Program-made: the position numbers and the translations under genes
Shown: positions 50,961-64,000 of the stretch, one piece after another
Numbering within the stretch: the first letter of the stretch is position 1
Layout: each line of letters begins with the position of its first letter
From: Obrimoposthia wandeli
Lineage: Eukaryota
Length of the DNA: 64,000 nt
Direction of reading: 5' to 3'
NCBI GenBank assembly: GCA_977020255.1
Contig: CDROCS010000866.1
Span: 620,001 to 684,000 of the forward strand
Notes under the pieces: generated by a model
Told to the model about the DNA's origin: nothing
Database searches by the model: none
What the model saw: only the letters and a program-made list of their open reading frames with translations

Positions 50961-50984
50961 ATTTTATTACATTTTACTTAGTAT

Positions 50985-51200
50985 CATTTAAAAATCCGAG
51001 AGATCAAACAGTTGTAGATTTCATGGCCAGACAAGCATTTCCTCTAAATAAGAACTTTCTAGTTGATTCATTCCATGATGCTGCTAAACAAGCAAATGGG
51101 TATATATTTATTGACTTTACATAAGCTTACCCAGATGATTTACGTGTTTTAACAGATATATTTAATTCTAAGGGAGTAACTGTTTATAAACAAACAGAGA
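50985..51200 (+). pseudogene. Maverick/Polinton packaging ATPase C-terminal relic
   Basis: FKNPRDQTVVDFMARQAFPLNKNFLVDSFHDAAKQANGYIFIDFT*AYPDDLRVLTDIF matches the Polinton ATPase pattern FKNPRD...LARQxYP...YGYLxID...RLRTxIF. Confidence 0.75.
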
Positions 51201-51559
51201 ACAATTATAAAAAAATTAATTTGCAATGCCTTTTAGAAGTTTATTGTAAAACGTAAACGTAAAGTAAAGGCTAAGCCTAAGGCATAAAAAAGAATCAGTA
51301 AGAAAAAGAAAGTTAATAAATTAATCGAGTATGTATTTAGAAGTAAAAGAAAACTTAAATAGCTTCAAATATAAACAATATTAAACTTGCACTTTTTTTG
51401 AAATGAAGAAAGTACAAAGAAGCATACCCATTTTAAAGCTTTGATCAAACCTTCTTATCATAAGAGAATGAGTATTCTTAAAGCATTTCCATATTTTTTT
51501 TGTAGATGATTTATTTGAAGTTTTTTTATAATATAGTTTTGGGAGAATTAAGTTTATCC

Positions 51560-51920
51560 AGCCAAGAATCAAGTGCCACCCTCGATTTGTTATTATACAT
51601 ATAATGATTCAGATTATTTAAGTTCAAATTACCAAAAAATCTGCCTTGTAGTATTTCTCCATTGCTTTATTATTTTCCCCTAAAACTTTAGTTTTGATGG
51701 ATAGTAACGCCAAAAACGACATGCATCGTCGCAGTTAAAAACATTTTTTGGATAATATTGTTTTAACCTTTTTTCATAATCCCGGGAAAGATCCTCAATA
51801 GCTAGTTCAGAAACAGTTACTTCTTTTTCACATACGTTATTGATTTTCATATTATTATGATCAAAAAATATGTTAGCCAACCATCAGAATCGTTTAAATT
51901 TTCTATTGAGATTTGAGTTC
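51560..51920 (-). pseudogene. pogo/Tigger transposase relic
   Basis: SDGWLTYF and YYPKNVFNCDDACRFWRYYP (YxxxxIFNxDETGLFWR-like). Confidence 0.6.
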
Positions 51921-54639
51921 TAAAACAAATAAAAATTAAAGTAAAAGGTACATAAAAACTTACTCCGATTTTTAAATTCCGATTTTTAAAATTAATTAAA
52001 TACTGAACTAACTTTGTAAATCTTTAAAAAACATAAAATAAAAGTTTTTTTTAATATTCAATCAAATAAATATTTTCAATAAATAAAATATTTAATTATG
52101 AAAGTGTTTTCAGTTTGTTAAAATAGCTGAAAAACGTCCATATTTCCGCTTTTTACAACTATTTTATTCGCACTTAGACAGCATATACTGTAGTTAGATA
52201 GATAAATATATATTAAAGGCGCATAAACTCAGCACCTTTAAGCACCTGCTACTCTTCTTCACATTTCGTATTTATAAGTCGTTTTGCGATTGTTCAATTT
52301 TCAGGTGATATTGAGTCGATCATTGCAATTTCACTTACCTCTTGAAATTGTGCATGCTTGAACAGCTGTGAACTTCTTTAGGTAGCATGATGTAAACATC
52401 TATAGATTATTTATTAGATACTTAGCTCTAGCTTTTCTTAAATCCATTGTGCTCAGATTAGTATATTCAGTTAATAAATCAAATAAATAAACTGAATTCT
52501 TTATTAATAAACATTTCTTCCTGATTTTCATTATTTATCATTTTCTTTCTCTAACTGGTAGCCAACTAAGCTTCTTTAGATGCAAAGATTTACTTTCACG
52601 TGTTTTTAAATTTTAAAGATAAACTGTACACTTCGAGTTTAAATAATTTTCAATATCTTCAAATAACATTCTAGGTCATTATATAATAAAGAACTTTGTT
52701 AGTTTGGGTTAAATAAAATTGTGGCTTGTGTATTTAAAATTGTTGACTTTGATGGGTCTTTCTTATTTTAAATATTATCTGTAATTCATGATTCATTGTT
52801 TCAACGACTGGGTTTATTTGTGTAGCCATGGTTAAATCTGAGTCAAATACGTAACCTACGTATTTTACATGGCTTTAAAATAAAATCTATTAATGTGCTA
52901 ATACCGTTATTTAAGTATCAATATAGATATTTTCATATTGCACAATTCACCGGGATTTGAGCATCGCTTCTCCGAATTTGCTTACCTTGTTCTAACAATC
53001 AAAATTTTAACATTAACAATACAACTGATACCCACTTTTTATTGAGGCTGTCAACGTTTAAAGAGAAATGTTACATAGGCAGCATAAAATGTAAGAGCAT
53101 GATATATTTGTTAGAAATACTTAAAATAAGAAGAAAAAACAAAGAAAAACTAAAGCGTTAAATTTTTCTGATGATTCTGTTAATTGTGTAATTTTTTCCA
53201 ACAATCGCCTGAATAAAATTTTCATCGTTGCGTAATAAGAGGGAAATATTTACAATGACAAATAATTAAATGTAGTGAATTTCATTTTATTCTAACAAAT
53301 CAAAAATGTTACTCAAAACATTTTCATTCACTATTTTGAAATGTTTGTACTATATGACTTCTAATAAACGCACAAGAAGCAAGAGTGACATGGCATGAAA
53401 CAAAATATATTAATTTACCATAAATAATCTAACACAATTTAACTGTTTTATGATTTATTTAATAGGAATAATCTAACACAATTTAACTGTTTTATGATTT
53501 ATTTAATAGGAATGAATTGAAATTATTTTGAATGTCCATAGATATGATTTCTCTTTTTATGTATTTCCATATGTATTTTGGCATAGTCTCGAGAAGAAGC
53601 TTTTTTCCTTTATTTCTCGTCACAACATTTATTTTGGTGTGGTCGACAGTTAAGTTTTCTATTGTAAATTTAATTCAAAGAGTTAGATTCCACAACACAA
53701 TTTATACTATATATGTTAAATTACTCCAAGTAGAATATTTCTGGTTTCTGATTACATAATTTTGATATTTCATGATTTTCTGATTCTACTTTGTAGTTTA
53801 TTGCTGAGTTAGCCTATATATCATTAATAATCTGTTTTCCTGAAGCTTTTTTGAATAAATTTTCAGTTTACACAGGTCAAAGATTCAACATGAAAATGCC
53901 AGATCCAATGTTACATTTGCATTTGTTGAAAATGTGATTCAGCAATTTTTCTTAATCACGTGTGATAGAAGATTGACCAACTAGGTCATTGTTAATTATT
54001 TTGCAAATTAAAGTGCTTTATGTTTGTTTGTCTCACTATATAATAATTGTCAGGCATAGACTTTTCAGTAAAGTAGTTGTGAGATATTTTTTATGGAAAA
54101 TTGTTGATTTAAAGTTTTGAATAAAAGTGTGAATTCTTTCCATTTTGAAGATGTCATTAGAAGGTTTTGTTTTGAAATAAGGTAATCCGTTTTTGGACAT
54201 GACAGCTGAGAATTCAAAGAATTATACAACCAATAATTTTTTAGTCCATCATGTTTCGTATTCACCTAACACAAATAATCGAAGGGTGTAGTCAAAAGAG
54301 AATGTGAAGAAGAAAGAAGTGATGGCTCACCCAAAACCGGTAGTCACGAGTATTAATTTTGACCTTCAATGTCGAGATTGAAGAAGAGATTGACCATACC
54401 CAACTGCTATCGTCTACAAACAAATACACATGATCGATGAACACTATCACATGAAGCACTGTCTATCATGAAGTGAAAACATACACAGTCGAAAATGAGT
54501 GTTACTGTGTGAGTGGGTGTTTTCTGTATTTACAGCTTCCTTAATATTTGTTAGTTTGTGTTAGCCATCGTCTACAATCTTCTTCTTCCCTTTTGTTTTA
54601 TAAATGATATTCCTAAACGTAAAAACCTATTTTTTTCAA

Positions 54640-55010
54640 TTTTAAACTGAGTTGAGGGATTAACCATCAGCTTAGATAAATATAAACACATTTTATAACA
54701 TATATTTTCCAGTAGAGCTTCATTATTTTGACATAATCTCTGAAATGATCAGTAGTGGGAACAAAATCTGTTTTTGTTGTCATCGTCTTTCTTGTCGCTA
54801 TCATCTTCCCAGAACAGATTGTCATATATGTCCTCCGTTTCATTACTGATACATCATTCCTTGAAGAAGAAACTTCCAAATAAGTCTTACGTTTTAAGAT
54901 CACGATTGGCTAGAGATTGGGAATCGTCAATCATGTATGAAAAGATAGTGGGGAAATGTATCTTTTTAATGACCGTAATAAAGACAAAAAACCATGCGCC
55001 TCCACCATAT
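54640..55010 (-). pseudogene. pogo-like DDE_1 C-terminal relic
   Basis: SFFFKE*CISNETEDIYDNLFWEDD resembles SFKKCGISNxxDGxEDDxLW. Confidence 0.4.
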
Positions 55011-56544
55011 TTTTAATTTTTAGAGGAATCTCAGTAAATATTTTATTTTCAAACTTTTTACCATATAATAGGGGACTATAATATTGTTAGATTAAGGAAA
55101 ATGGAATAAGATAAATAAAATAATTATTTATATTAAAAATATTTAACCTTAAAATCAAAGGTAGAAATAAATTTAAATAGAAAATTAAAATTAAATTGAT
55201 TTTAGAATAAAATATCGAATTAAAATAAATATGGACCTTGACAATGTCGTGGGAATATGTGTGTGGAATGAGTAGAACAGTGTGGAATGAATAGAACAGT
55301 GTGAGAAGGAGCCGATGAAGATAAATCTAGTGGGTGAGGATGAGTGGATTTTGAAAAAAAAGTTGAGATTTAGTTAAGTAAGAAGAACGGTAACCTATTA
55401 GTCGCGGAACTCAAACTCCACTAGTTCGCGAAGAGGCACTCAGACTCCATTAGTTCGCAAAGAAGCACTCAGACAAGAATACTCTGCATCCATTAGTTTG
55501 TGAAGAAGCACTTAGACAGGAATACTTCGAGACCCATCCGCCATCTCCCATCTTCAGAGACCCCAAGAAGCGAGAAGTGAGAGGTGAGTAAATTTGATAC
55601 ATAAAGATAAATTAATTCTCAGTTATTGCAGAAAAATATCAGAATAGCACAAAAAGTCGGAACTACAGATATTCAAATTAGCAAATTCGGATCTAAAGAT
55701 ATTCAAATTAGCAAATTTGGAACTACTGATATTAAAATTGAACTTGTGAGCAAAAAACACAACTTACATAAGTATATTTTGAGTAAAGACGAATTTAATT
55801 TAAAGTACATTTTTGAGTAAAGAGGAATTTAATTTTTAAGTACATTTTGAGTAAAAACGAATTGAATTTTTGAAGTACATTTTGAACAAAAGACGAATTG
55901 AAAATTTAAGTACATTTCAAATAAAATACGCTTGAATTTAAGTACATTTCGAGTAAAATGATGTTATTAAATTAGTCGGCAATGACATATTAAATTAAAA
56001 AGTTAGATAGACGGATAGAAAGGCACGGGGAATAATTTGTAGGGTGATTATAGCAGGAGGCGTATAAAGGTATACGCATAGAAAAGTGTCAACCCTATTG
56101 TGTATTCTTTAATAATTTTAGGAATTTTTAAGTGTGCTAAGTTAAATATAGTTATTTTAGCAAAATCGATAAATTATTCATTCCGAGTTAAATTATTTGT
56201 GAAATTCGTGTGCCCCTAACATATAGATTAGCCGAGGGACAACCAACGAGACAATATTCCATTTGCTTACTGATTCAGAGAAGTATTGTCTACGTCGATT
56301 GGTCACGGCTCCGTTTCGTCGATATTCGGTCTTGTTGTTGCCAGACACTTCCGACATAAAAGCGAATTCAGCTGATAAACTATCCACCCTGCGGTACATC
56401 ACACCTCACTAGCTTTGGGGCTCTACTAGCTATTATGTGAACACAACTCTTGGACACACCACAAAACAATAAGAAACAAAACCTTCGGATTGAGACTAGA
56501 CTTACACAAAAGACTTGATAGAACATAAGAATGTTTTAAATTTT

Positions 56545-57560
56545 GTTTAGTTTTATGATCATTTTTATCACTGAAATTCACAAAAAAATACTTCATCGTT
56601 GGTTTTAACGATTTAGAAGATTAAATATTAAAAAAGGTTCTAGAAAATTAAAAATATCAAGTAAATATAAAATTATATTTATGTAAACAAAATGCTGGAT
56701 ATTGTTAAATAATTTTTTTTAATTTCAATTTTTTGCTAAATTTGCTAAAAAAACATTTAAATAGTTAGCAGTTGAAGGTTAGACAAACAAACAAACTACT
56801 AAAAACATTAAAAACATTAAAATCTGATTTTTATAATAATACACAATATAATATTTCAAAATTTTTCTTTCACTGTGAATATTTAAATTTAATAATTTTT
56901 CAAAAAGAAATAAAAACATATTTATGTCTTTCTAAATATACAGATGCATGTGAATACACAAATTTAAGTTTAAATTATTTACATCAACTAATTAATTAAG
57001 AAACTTATGTTTTTCTTCCAATATTTCTTTTGCATACTACTTACACGTTTAGTTTTATGATCATTTTTATCACTGAAATTCACAAAAAAATACTTCATCG
57101 TTGGTTTTAACGATTTAGAAGATTAAATATTAAAAAAGGTTCTAGAAAATTAAAAATATCAAGTAAATATAAAATTATATTTATGTAAACAAAATGCTGG
57201 ATATTGTTAAATAATTTTTTTTAATTTCAATTTTTTGCTAAATTTGCTAAAAAAACATTTAAATAGTTAGCAGTTGAAGATTAGACAAACAAACAAACTA
57301 CTAAAAACATTAAAAACATTAAAATCTTATTTTTATAATAATACACAATATAATATTTCAAATATTTCAAAATTTTTCTTTCACTGTGAATATTTAAATT
57401 TAATAATTTTTCAAAAAGAAATAAAAACATATTTATGTCTTTCTAAATGTACAGATGCATGTGAATACACAAATTTAAGTTTAAATTATTTACATCAACT
57501 AATTAATTAAGAAACTTATGTTTTTCTTCCAATATTTCTTTTGCATACTACTTACACGTT
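56545..57560 (+). repeat. Tandem duplication, about 502-513 bp x 2
   Basis: Unit restarts at 57047 (gtttagttttatgatcatttttatcactg); the copies are nearly identical with a few indels. Confidence 0.95.
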
Positions 57561-57699
57561 AATTGAAACAAAATTAAGAAAATCAAACTTGGTAAAAATT
57601 ATACCCCGGACAATAAGACAGATTTTCATTTTACAAATAATTTTAAAAGTAAATTTATAAATATTAGCTAATTTTAATATCTCAATATATTCTAATATC

Positions 57700-59987
57700 T
57701 CAGTCGATCGCGAAACAGTTTTAGGTCGATCGCGAGACATTTGTCCCTATTCAGTTATAAAATTCATTTTTAAAAACATGTAACAATTTTTTTTTAAATT
57801 ATAAAATAAAATTATTCTTTTTAAAATTGTTTTAAAATTTAAATTGTCTGAATATTTTTTTAAAAAATTCTAGTGTATAAATTTTGGTAAAAAAAATTTG
57901 TTACTATTTTTTACCATTTTTATATTTTTTCCGTATAAAATATTTAATTCTTAATTTACTATATTTCAAATTACTTTTAATTCTTTATTTACTTCTAAAT
58001 ATTTATTTTATTCATAAAGAAGAAATTTTTTTATAAAGTAAGATATTATTTACTAATTATAATTGTTTATAGTTCTTTATAATTTAAGGTTTATAATGAG
58101 TACATCAAAAAAATAAAATATATTATTTTAATAAAGAATGGGAATCAGAATTCTTTTTAACTATGATTAATGGCAAAATTTGCTGTCTGATCTGTAATTC
58201 GACCGTTGCTATTTTGAAGAAAGATAACATTCAACGACATTTTCTATTTTTACACAAAAAAACTGATGAGGATTATTCAAAAAATTCCGAGATACGAAAA
58301 GTCAAGATAAACAAATCGACATCACTTACTATTGCTTCGTTAAAGGTATGTCATTTATTAGCTAAGGCAAAAAGCCATTTATTGATGGAGAGTTAATGAA
58401 AGAATATTTTATTGCTGCAGTGGAATCCTTATTTTCCGATTTAAAAAATAAAAAGGAAATTATATCCAAATTTAACGATTTGCAACTGTCCAGAACAACA
58501 GTTATGAGAAGGGTTGAAGATTTAAGTTCTAATGTTGATAATCAATTACTGTCAGACATTCGGAGATGTGTAGCGTTTTCATTACAATTTGATGACTCAA
58601 ATGACTTAACCAATGTTGCCCAGCTGGTGGTATTCACCCGTATGGTATTCCAAGATTATTCAAGTAAAGAAGAACTGTTGAAAATAATACCTTTGCATGG
58701 AAGAACAAGAGGAGAAGATATTTTTGCTGCATTTAACAATTTTGTTGAACAGTGCCAACTCCATATTTTTAAATTAATTTCAATTACTACTGATGGTGCT
58801 CCTGCGATGGTAGGTTGTAATTATAACTTTGCAAAAATAATGATAAGTATCCAAAATTTTTAAATTGCCATTGTATGATTCATCACCTGGTACTTTCTAG
58901 CAAAAGATTAAACACTGTAGATGCTATGAGTACTACATTTAAAATTGTAAACTCTATTCAAGGAAAACCATTACAACGGCGCTTATTTAAATGGGAAGCA
59001 AATGATAATGATGAAAAAGACTTCCATTGTACAACACGTTCGTTGGCTAAGTAAAAGTAAATCTCTAAAAAGATTTATTTTATTAATTGATGTTGTCAGA
59101 GATTTTATGTGCCAAAAAAGAGAGAACTACTCCGAATTAAGCAATCAAAAATGATTATTGAACTTATCATTTTTGGTAGATGTTTCCATAAAACTAAGCA
59201 ACTTAAATTTAGAGTTGCAAGGTAAAGATAAAAGTTTAATAGACATGTTAAGTGAATAAGATCTTTTCAACAATTCTTAAATGTTCTGAAGGAAACTTTA
59301 AATTATCGTGAATTTCGACATTTTCCATATTTATTAAAGTTTCTCAACGAAAATCCAAAATTAAGTGATTGTGACTTCAAATATTTTATAAATGAAATAG
59401 AAATAGTCGAGAATGATATTCGTTTTAAGGTTCGCAGATTTCAGTAAAACTGAAGGAATTACCTATTTTGTCAATAATCCTTTTAAACAAAATATAAACA
59501 TAGCAGAAATTTCAGACAGAATTTCTAATTTGTTTGATACAAATCAATCCGCAACAGAACTTGAAATAGTCAAGTTGTAATATAACGTTCATCTAAAATC
59601 AATGAATCAAGAAATGGTGTGGAAATGTACACATGAGAAATTTCCAATATTAACAAGTATTGCTCAGAAATTCTGGCTTGTTTTGGATCAACTTACTTAT
59701 CAGAAGCTGTGTTTTAAAATATGAATATGATAAAAAACAAATATAGAAATCAAATTACAAGTGATCATTTAGAACAATGCTTGCGACTAGCTACATCATC
59801 ATACCAACCTGACTATGAAAGTATTGCAATATCAGGTAATGCCAAATTTCACAATGATTTTCTTTATAATAAATAAATGTGTTCATTTTATAACTTTTGT
59901 ATTATAAATAATTTTTTTACAAGTCGATCACCAAATAACTCGACATACAAAAGTAGCTCGCGTAATATAAAAGGTTGAACACCCCTG
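57700..59987 (+). mobile_element. Decayed hAT transposon (Buster/SPIN/GTF2IRD2-like)
   Basis: CLICNSTVAILKKDNIQRHF, LQLSRTTVMRRV, FSLQFDDSNDLTNVAQL, SITTDGAPAMVG and a C-terminal FGSTY...KNKYR dimerisation motif; frameshifted. Right TIR AGGTTGAACACCCCTG ends at 59987. Confidence 0.9.
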
Positions 59988-60911
59988 CAATTTATCAATT
60001 AATTAAAATCTATGTTTCATTTTGATCTAATAAAAGTATTAGTTATTTAAATTACTAGTGAATTTCATAAATAAAATGTATTTAAACATTTTTTTTTCAC
60101 CTCATCACCCTTTGTGCTGACTAAAATGGGTCACTAGGCATTCGTAAAACGTGCGACTTCAATTATGTAAGCCACGCATCGTACCCAATTAAAGTTCGGG
60201 AATAAATTTAGAACGTCATATTGCCAGCACTTTTGTTTGATTTAGGTTTGCTTTTGTTTAACTTAAAATTGTAAGGAACGCAGCCCAATTTCTAAAATTA
60301 TTTGCAATTAGTTATCTAATAAGAATTTCTTGACAGTCATTTCATATTCTGTGAAATTTAAATAAAATATTTAAAAGTAAATAAAGTTTTATGAACGAAC
60401 CATTTAAACAAGATTAATATGTATAATTTTTTATTTTTTTAATATTTCTGATCATTTATAATTTTGGGAATAATAATTGAATATTCTTTTTGACACATAT
60501 TTTACAGTTTTCTGTAAATATAACAATAAACAGCATTTATTTATTATAGCACAAATATCTGAAAAAATCTGATTTAATACTTAATAGCGCTTCCATTATT
60601 CTTTGTAGAATTTTCTGAACAGGAAAGTCTTCTGCTGCTTTTGAATTTTTCAACTGTTACAGTTTTATATATTAATCGATAAATGGTTGTAAAGATCCGG
60701 AGCATGACTTTTATAAATTCCATCACTCCAAATTTGAAGAAGATTTGAGATTTCCACTTTGATAACTTTCCTTGTCAGTTAAAACACTTTTAAAAAATAT
60801 ATATATTTAACCTTTTTTTAATTTCTTTTAGACACAATTTTTTGTTCACATTATTTAACATGTGCTTGGTTTTCAGACCACAGAGCAATGTACCTTATGG
60901 TAACCGCTTAC

Positions 60912-61118
60912 CCTGTGACTCTCGCGATTGGGGAACGTGAAGTGCGGTGCATTGTCGTTGACATCACTGATGTGGATCTGCACAATGGCGGTCGCTGTTT
61001 TCCGAAATAACATGTTGGCAGGCGAGTCAGTTGCTATAACAGCAAATCGGTATCCACGAGGAACGGTCTCACAGTCCAGAAGACTCTGACTTGTGATGGT
61101 TCCAGTTGAGGAGTCCAG
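60912..61118 (-). CDS. Protocadherin-like gene, exon
   Basis: LDSSTGTITSQSLLDCE...FAVIATD...VQIHISDVNDNAPHFTFPNRESHR. Acceptor tgtcag, donor AGG|gtaagc; 207 nt, phase 0/0. Joins the previous exon in frame as PFK|LDSSTG. An alternative donor exists at 60894. Confidence 0.9.
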
Positions 61119-62599
61119 CTGACAATTTGGTTTGTAATAATTAAGATATTTCATAGAGATCCTAATTAATTTTTGTAGAATGTTGACGAATTATTGACAG
61201 AAATTAAAACTTCAAGACATATTTCAAATAAAATTGATCTATTTGAATTAATGAATAACAATTAATTAATAAAGTTCACGAAAAATATTCTATAACTGTA
61301 TTATTAAACCTAAATATTGTTTGTGTACTTTCATAAGAGTACGTTTTATTAACAATTGAAATATCAAAGAGATATGTAGAAATACAAAGATGAACAGGAA
61401 CTGTATCAATGATAAGAAATAGAATTCACAAACTGAGAAAAGATGGACACACGAGGTATGATTTTAAAAATTAGAGTCAAAATGACAATCATAAAGTAGC
61501 TATTATATTTGTTTGGTAGCTATTATATTGTGAATACAAATTGTTTGATTGACATTTAAAATGAAAAAAAATGATATTTATTAAGATTATGCTTAAAACA
61601 TTTTTATTTAAATATATATGCAAATATTTTAGTATTATTTACATCAAGGGCTTTAAAAGTTTGCACATTTTATTTTTCGTTACTTATTTTATGTCGAATA
61701 ATAATATTAGAAAGGCAATGAATTTTTTTTGGAATATGAAATTTAGTATGTATTATAATTTTATGCACACTGATATATTTTTAGTCATTTTTAAAATATT
61801 TTTATCAATCTAGAAATGATTAATTGTTTGAATAATAATGTCAAATTTGTGCAGATAGAAAGAAAATTAAATATTAATAATTATTTAATAAAATATATAC
61901 ATATTATTCATTTTTCAGAGTTTTAAGGAATTGTTTGAATGAGACGTTTTATATGATAATTCAAATTTAATTCGTGATTCATACGTTCTTTATTCATTAA
62001 GATCTTAAAATTTTCAAAAAAGAATAAATGTGAGAGTTCAATGTTTTTAAAACATTATACATGATATTGATGAGCTCAGTGAGGATGTTTACAGCAGTCT
62101 TCGTTTAGATCCCTAAATAATCCTAACGTATGTGGATATTATTAACTAAATAAAACAGAAATGAAAGGCATGCTATTCATTGTTGCATATGCACTAAATT
62201 CGTGTTTCAATTGACTGAACACTGAAGTATACATTGATTTTATAAATGTGCTACTCATTATTTCATCCTAAAGTCTACTTTTTCCAATGTGGAATTTCTC
62301 TTTCTGATCAATAACCATATTCATCATATCTCAAGATAGGAGCTTGTTTATTATATTGTAATTTTAAGGAAGGTTTTAACCGAGTCAAGTAAAGTATTAA
62401 TTCATACAAATGAGTTACTTAGGAACATCTCATGTTCAGAAAACTTTGACGTCATTGTGAGCAACTGATCATTGAAAGAGCGAATATGTAAATGATTTAA
62501 ATAGTTATTGGTTGGGAAAATATTCTATTGTCCAACTCCCATTCTCCAGTAAGCAGAGATGTATAAATACAATTTAAACTTAATAACATGTGTTAATTT

Positions 62600-63300
62600 G
62601 GAATGTATGTGAGTCATAAATATTTCATTGTCTTAGATAAAAATTTAAACGAGAAAGTGGAGACAAAAAATTAAATTTATCAAGCGAAGTACATTGTCTC
62701 TTTTACACTTACCCATCTTCCTACAGGTTATTAGAATGGCTTTTAATACCAATCCTTACTCTTAGCAGGTACGACTGGGTAACGTTGCTCTACAATATCA
62801 AAAACTCGCTGAAATTCTAGACAATAGAGATTTGCATTGATAAATCTTCAATATCAAATGATTCAAAATAAATTATCCACTCAAAATTCCATATACACTT
62901 TTCTATATAATCTATTGCGCCTAACCGTAGGTTCTGCTATCTGACTAGATTCGATCCATAGCAGGTAACAATTTGGTGCCTGAAATGTTGATCTTGTGGG
63001 TATTCAAGCAAACGCTTATAGATCATATATCACTTGTTTAACTGACGAACAGACAATTAATGAAGTATTTCTCTACATCACCATTTATTCGTTCTTAGCC
63101 TTGAAAATGGTGAAGTACATAAGAATTACACGCAAAGTGCAAATATTAATGTACGTCTACTCAGGCTTATTTGGATGTATTTTGTCTTCAAGGCACACGA
63201 CTCTTTCATTAAATCTTCTAAACCAAAATCGAGTCTGATTTATTGTCTGCTCATTGCCTTTAAATTGACATATAATACAAGTGGCATTTACTTCTTTTTC
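62600..63300 (-). pseudogene. LINE reverse transcriptase relic
   Basis: QDQHFR...LLPA and, with a frameshift, FQRVFDIVEQRY...IGIK resemble QHGFR...TNLL and LDFxKAFDxVxH. Confidence 0.45.
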
Positions 63301-63627
63301 AGTAATGCAGTAAAATTGCTCGAATCCCTTTGTTTTTCAATTTCCATTAGAATACATATAACCAAGAAAATCAAATATATGATTTTTCAAATGATAATAC
63401 AAACTTGTTATGTAAAAAATATCTTTAAACTGATACCACTTTTATTATGTAAACAGACCCACTCATCCAAAAAAACTCCAAGTAGTCATCCTAAAAAAAT
63501 TAGATGTTCCTTTATGGATAACATAATTTTAAATTTATTTCTGTTACAGTAATTTAATTTATTTTTTAAAACTTTTTATGATCTTAATTAGAGTTGTGTG
63601 AAACATTAGCCAATAACACTGACTGAC

Positions 63628-63912
63628 CTTGAAGGGAACTGGAGTTGGATGAAAGATGGCGTAGTGGAGCAGCGCGTTCTCACCAAGGTCAGCATCTGCA
63701 GCCTTGAGATGACCTACAACCCGGGCTTGGTACTCGGTACCACTGTCTTCTGCCAAGGTCAGATTGTACATTGCCTTCTCGAACTGGGGACTGTTGTCGT
63801 TAATGTCAAGCAAGGTCATGATTACGTCACAGCTGCTGCTGAGGCTTGGTTTACCGTGGTCACTGGCGATGACCTTGATACAAAGGTAAAGTGATATAAG
63901 CTTGTCGAATGA
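63628..63912 (-). CDS. Protocadherin-like gene, exon (cadherin repeat junction)
   Basis: Translation SFDKLISLYLCIKVIASDHGKPSLSSCDVIMTLLDINDNSPQFEKAMYNLTLAEDS...AADADLGENALLHYAIF...PFK contains cadherin motifs AxDxG, DxNDNxPxF and AxDxDxGxN. Flanked by acceptor ttttctcaaatag and donor AAG|gtcagt; 285 nt, phase 0/0. Confidence 0.9.
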
Positions 63913-64000
63913 CTATTTGAGAAAATACACTTTTTAAGAGTAAAATTCAATTGGAAATAAGCGAAAACATATTTTAAGTCGGTTAAACTTTAACAAGAAC

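Noticed and set aside
56772-57510. Pair of near-identical 75-78 aa ORFs as a gene family
   Set aside because: Produced by the 500-bp tandem duplication of AT-rich intron sequence; no coding signature.

Overview
AT-rich metazoan genomic DNA; the species cannot be determined from the sequence. The window covers the 3' part of a minus-strand protocadherin-like gene, with at least 4 short GC-rich exons across about 46 kb and very large introns full of decayed DNA transposons (mariner, pogo/Tigger, hAT/Buster, MULE) and LINE fragments. The main feature is a 15.4-kb Maverick/Polinton-like element at 25438-40859. It has 74-bp terminal inverted repeats (5'-AGTAG...CTACT-3', one mismatch) and a 6-bp target-site duplication (CACTGG), and it splits a mariner relic inside a 23-kb host intron. 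Its only recognisable large gene is an apparently intact, spliced protein-primed family B DNA polymerase (about 1402 aa) with an ATG-only first exon. I see no integrase, capsid, protease or ATPase, although a 137-N gap lies inside the element. The element also carries two divergent paralogues of an unknown 55-61 aa protein, a pseudogenised fragment of a sister-lineage pPolB with the same intron, an exact 5' half of tRNA-Leu(UAA), and tandem hairpins. Its termini are tiled with matches to metazoan transcription-factor consensus sites (CSL/Su(H), AP-1, E2F, ROR-type nuclear receptor). About 10 kb away is an older decayed Maverick relic with a TBP-like gene next to a packaging-ATPase fragment.
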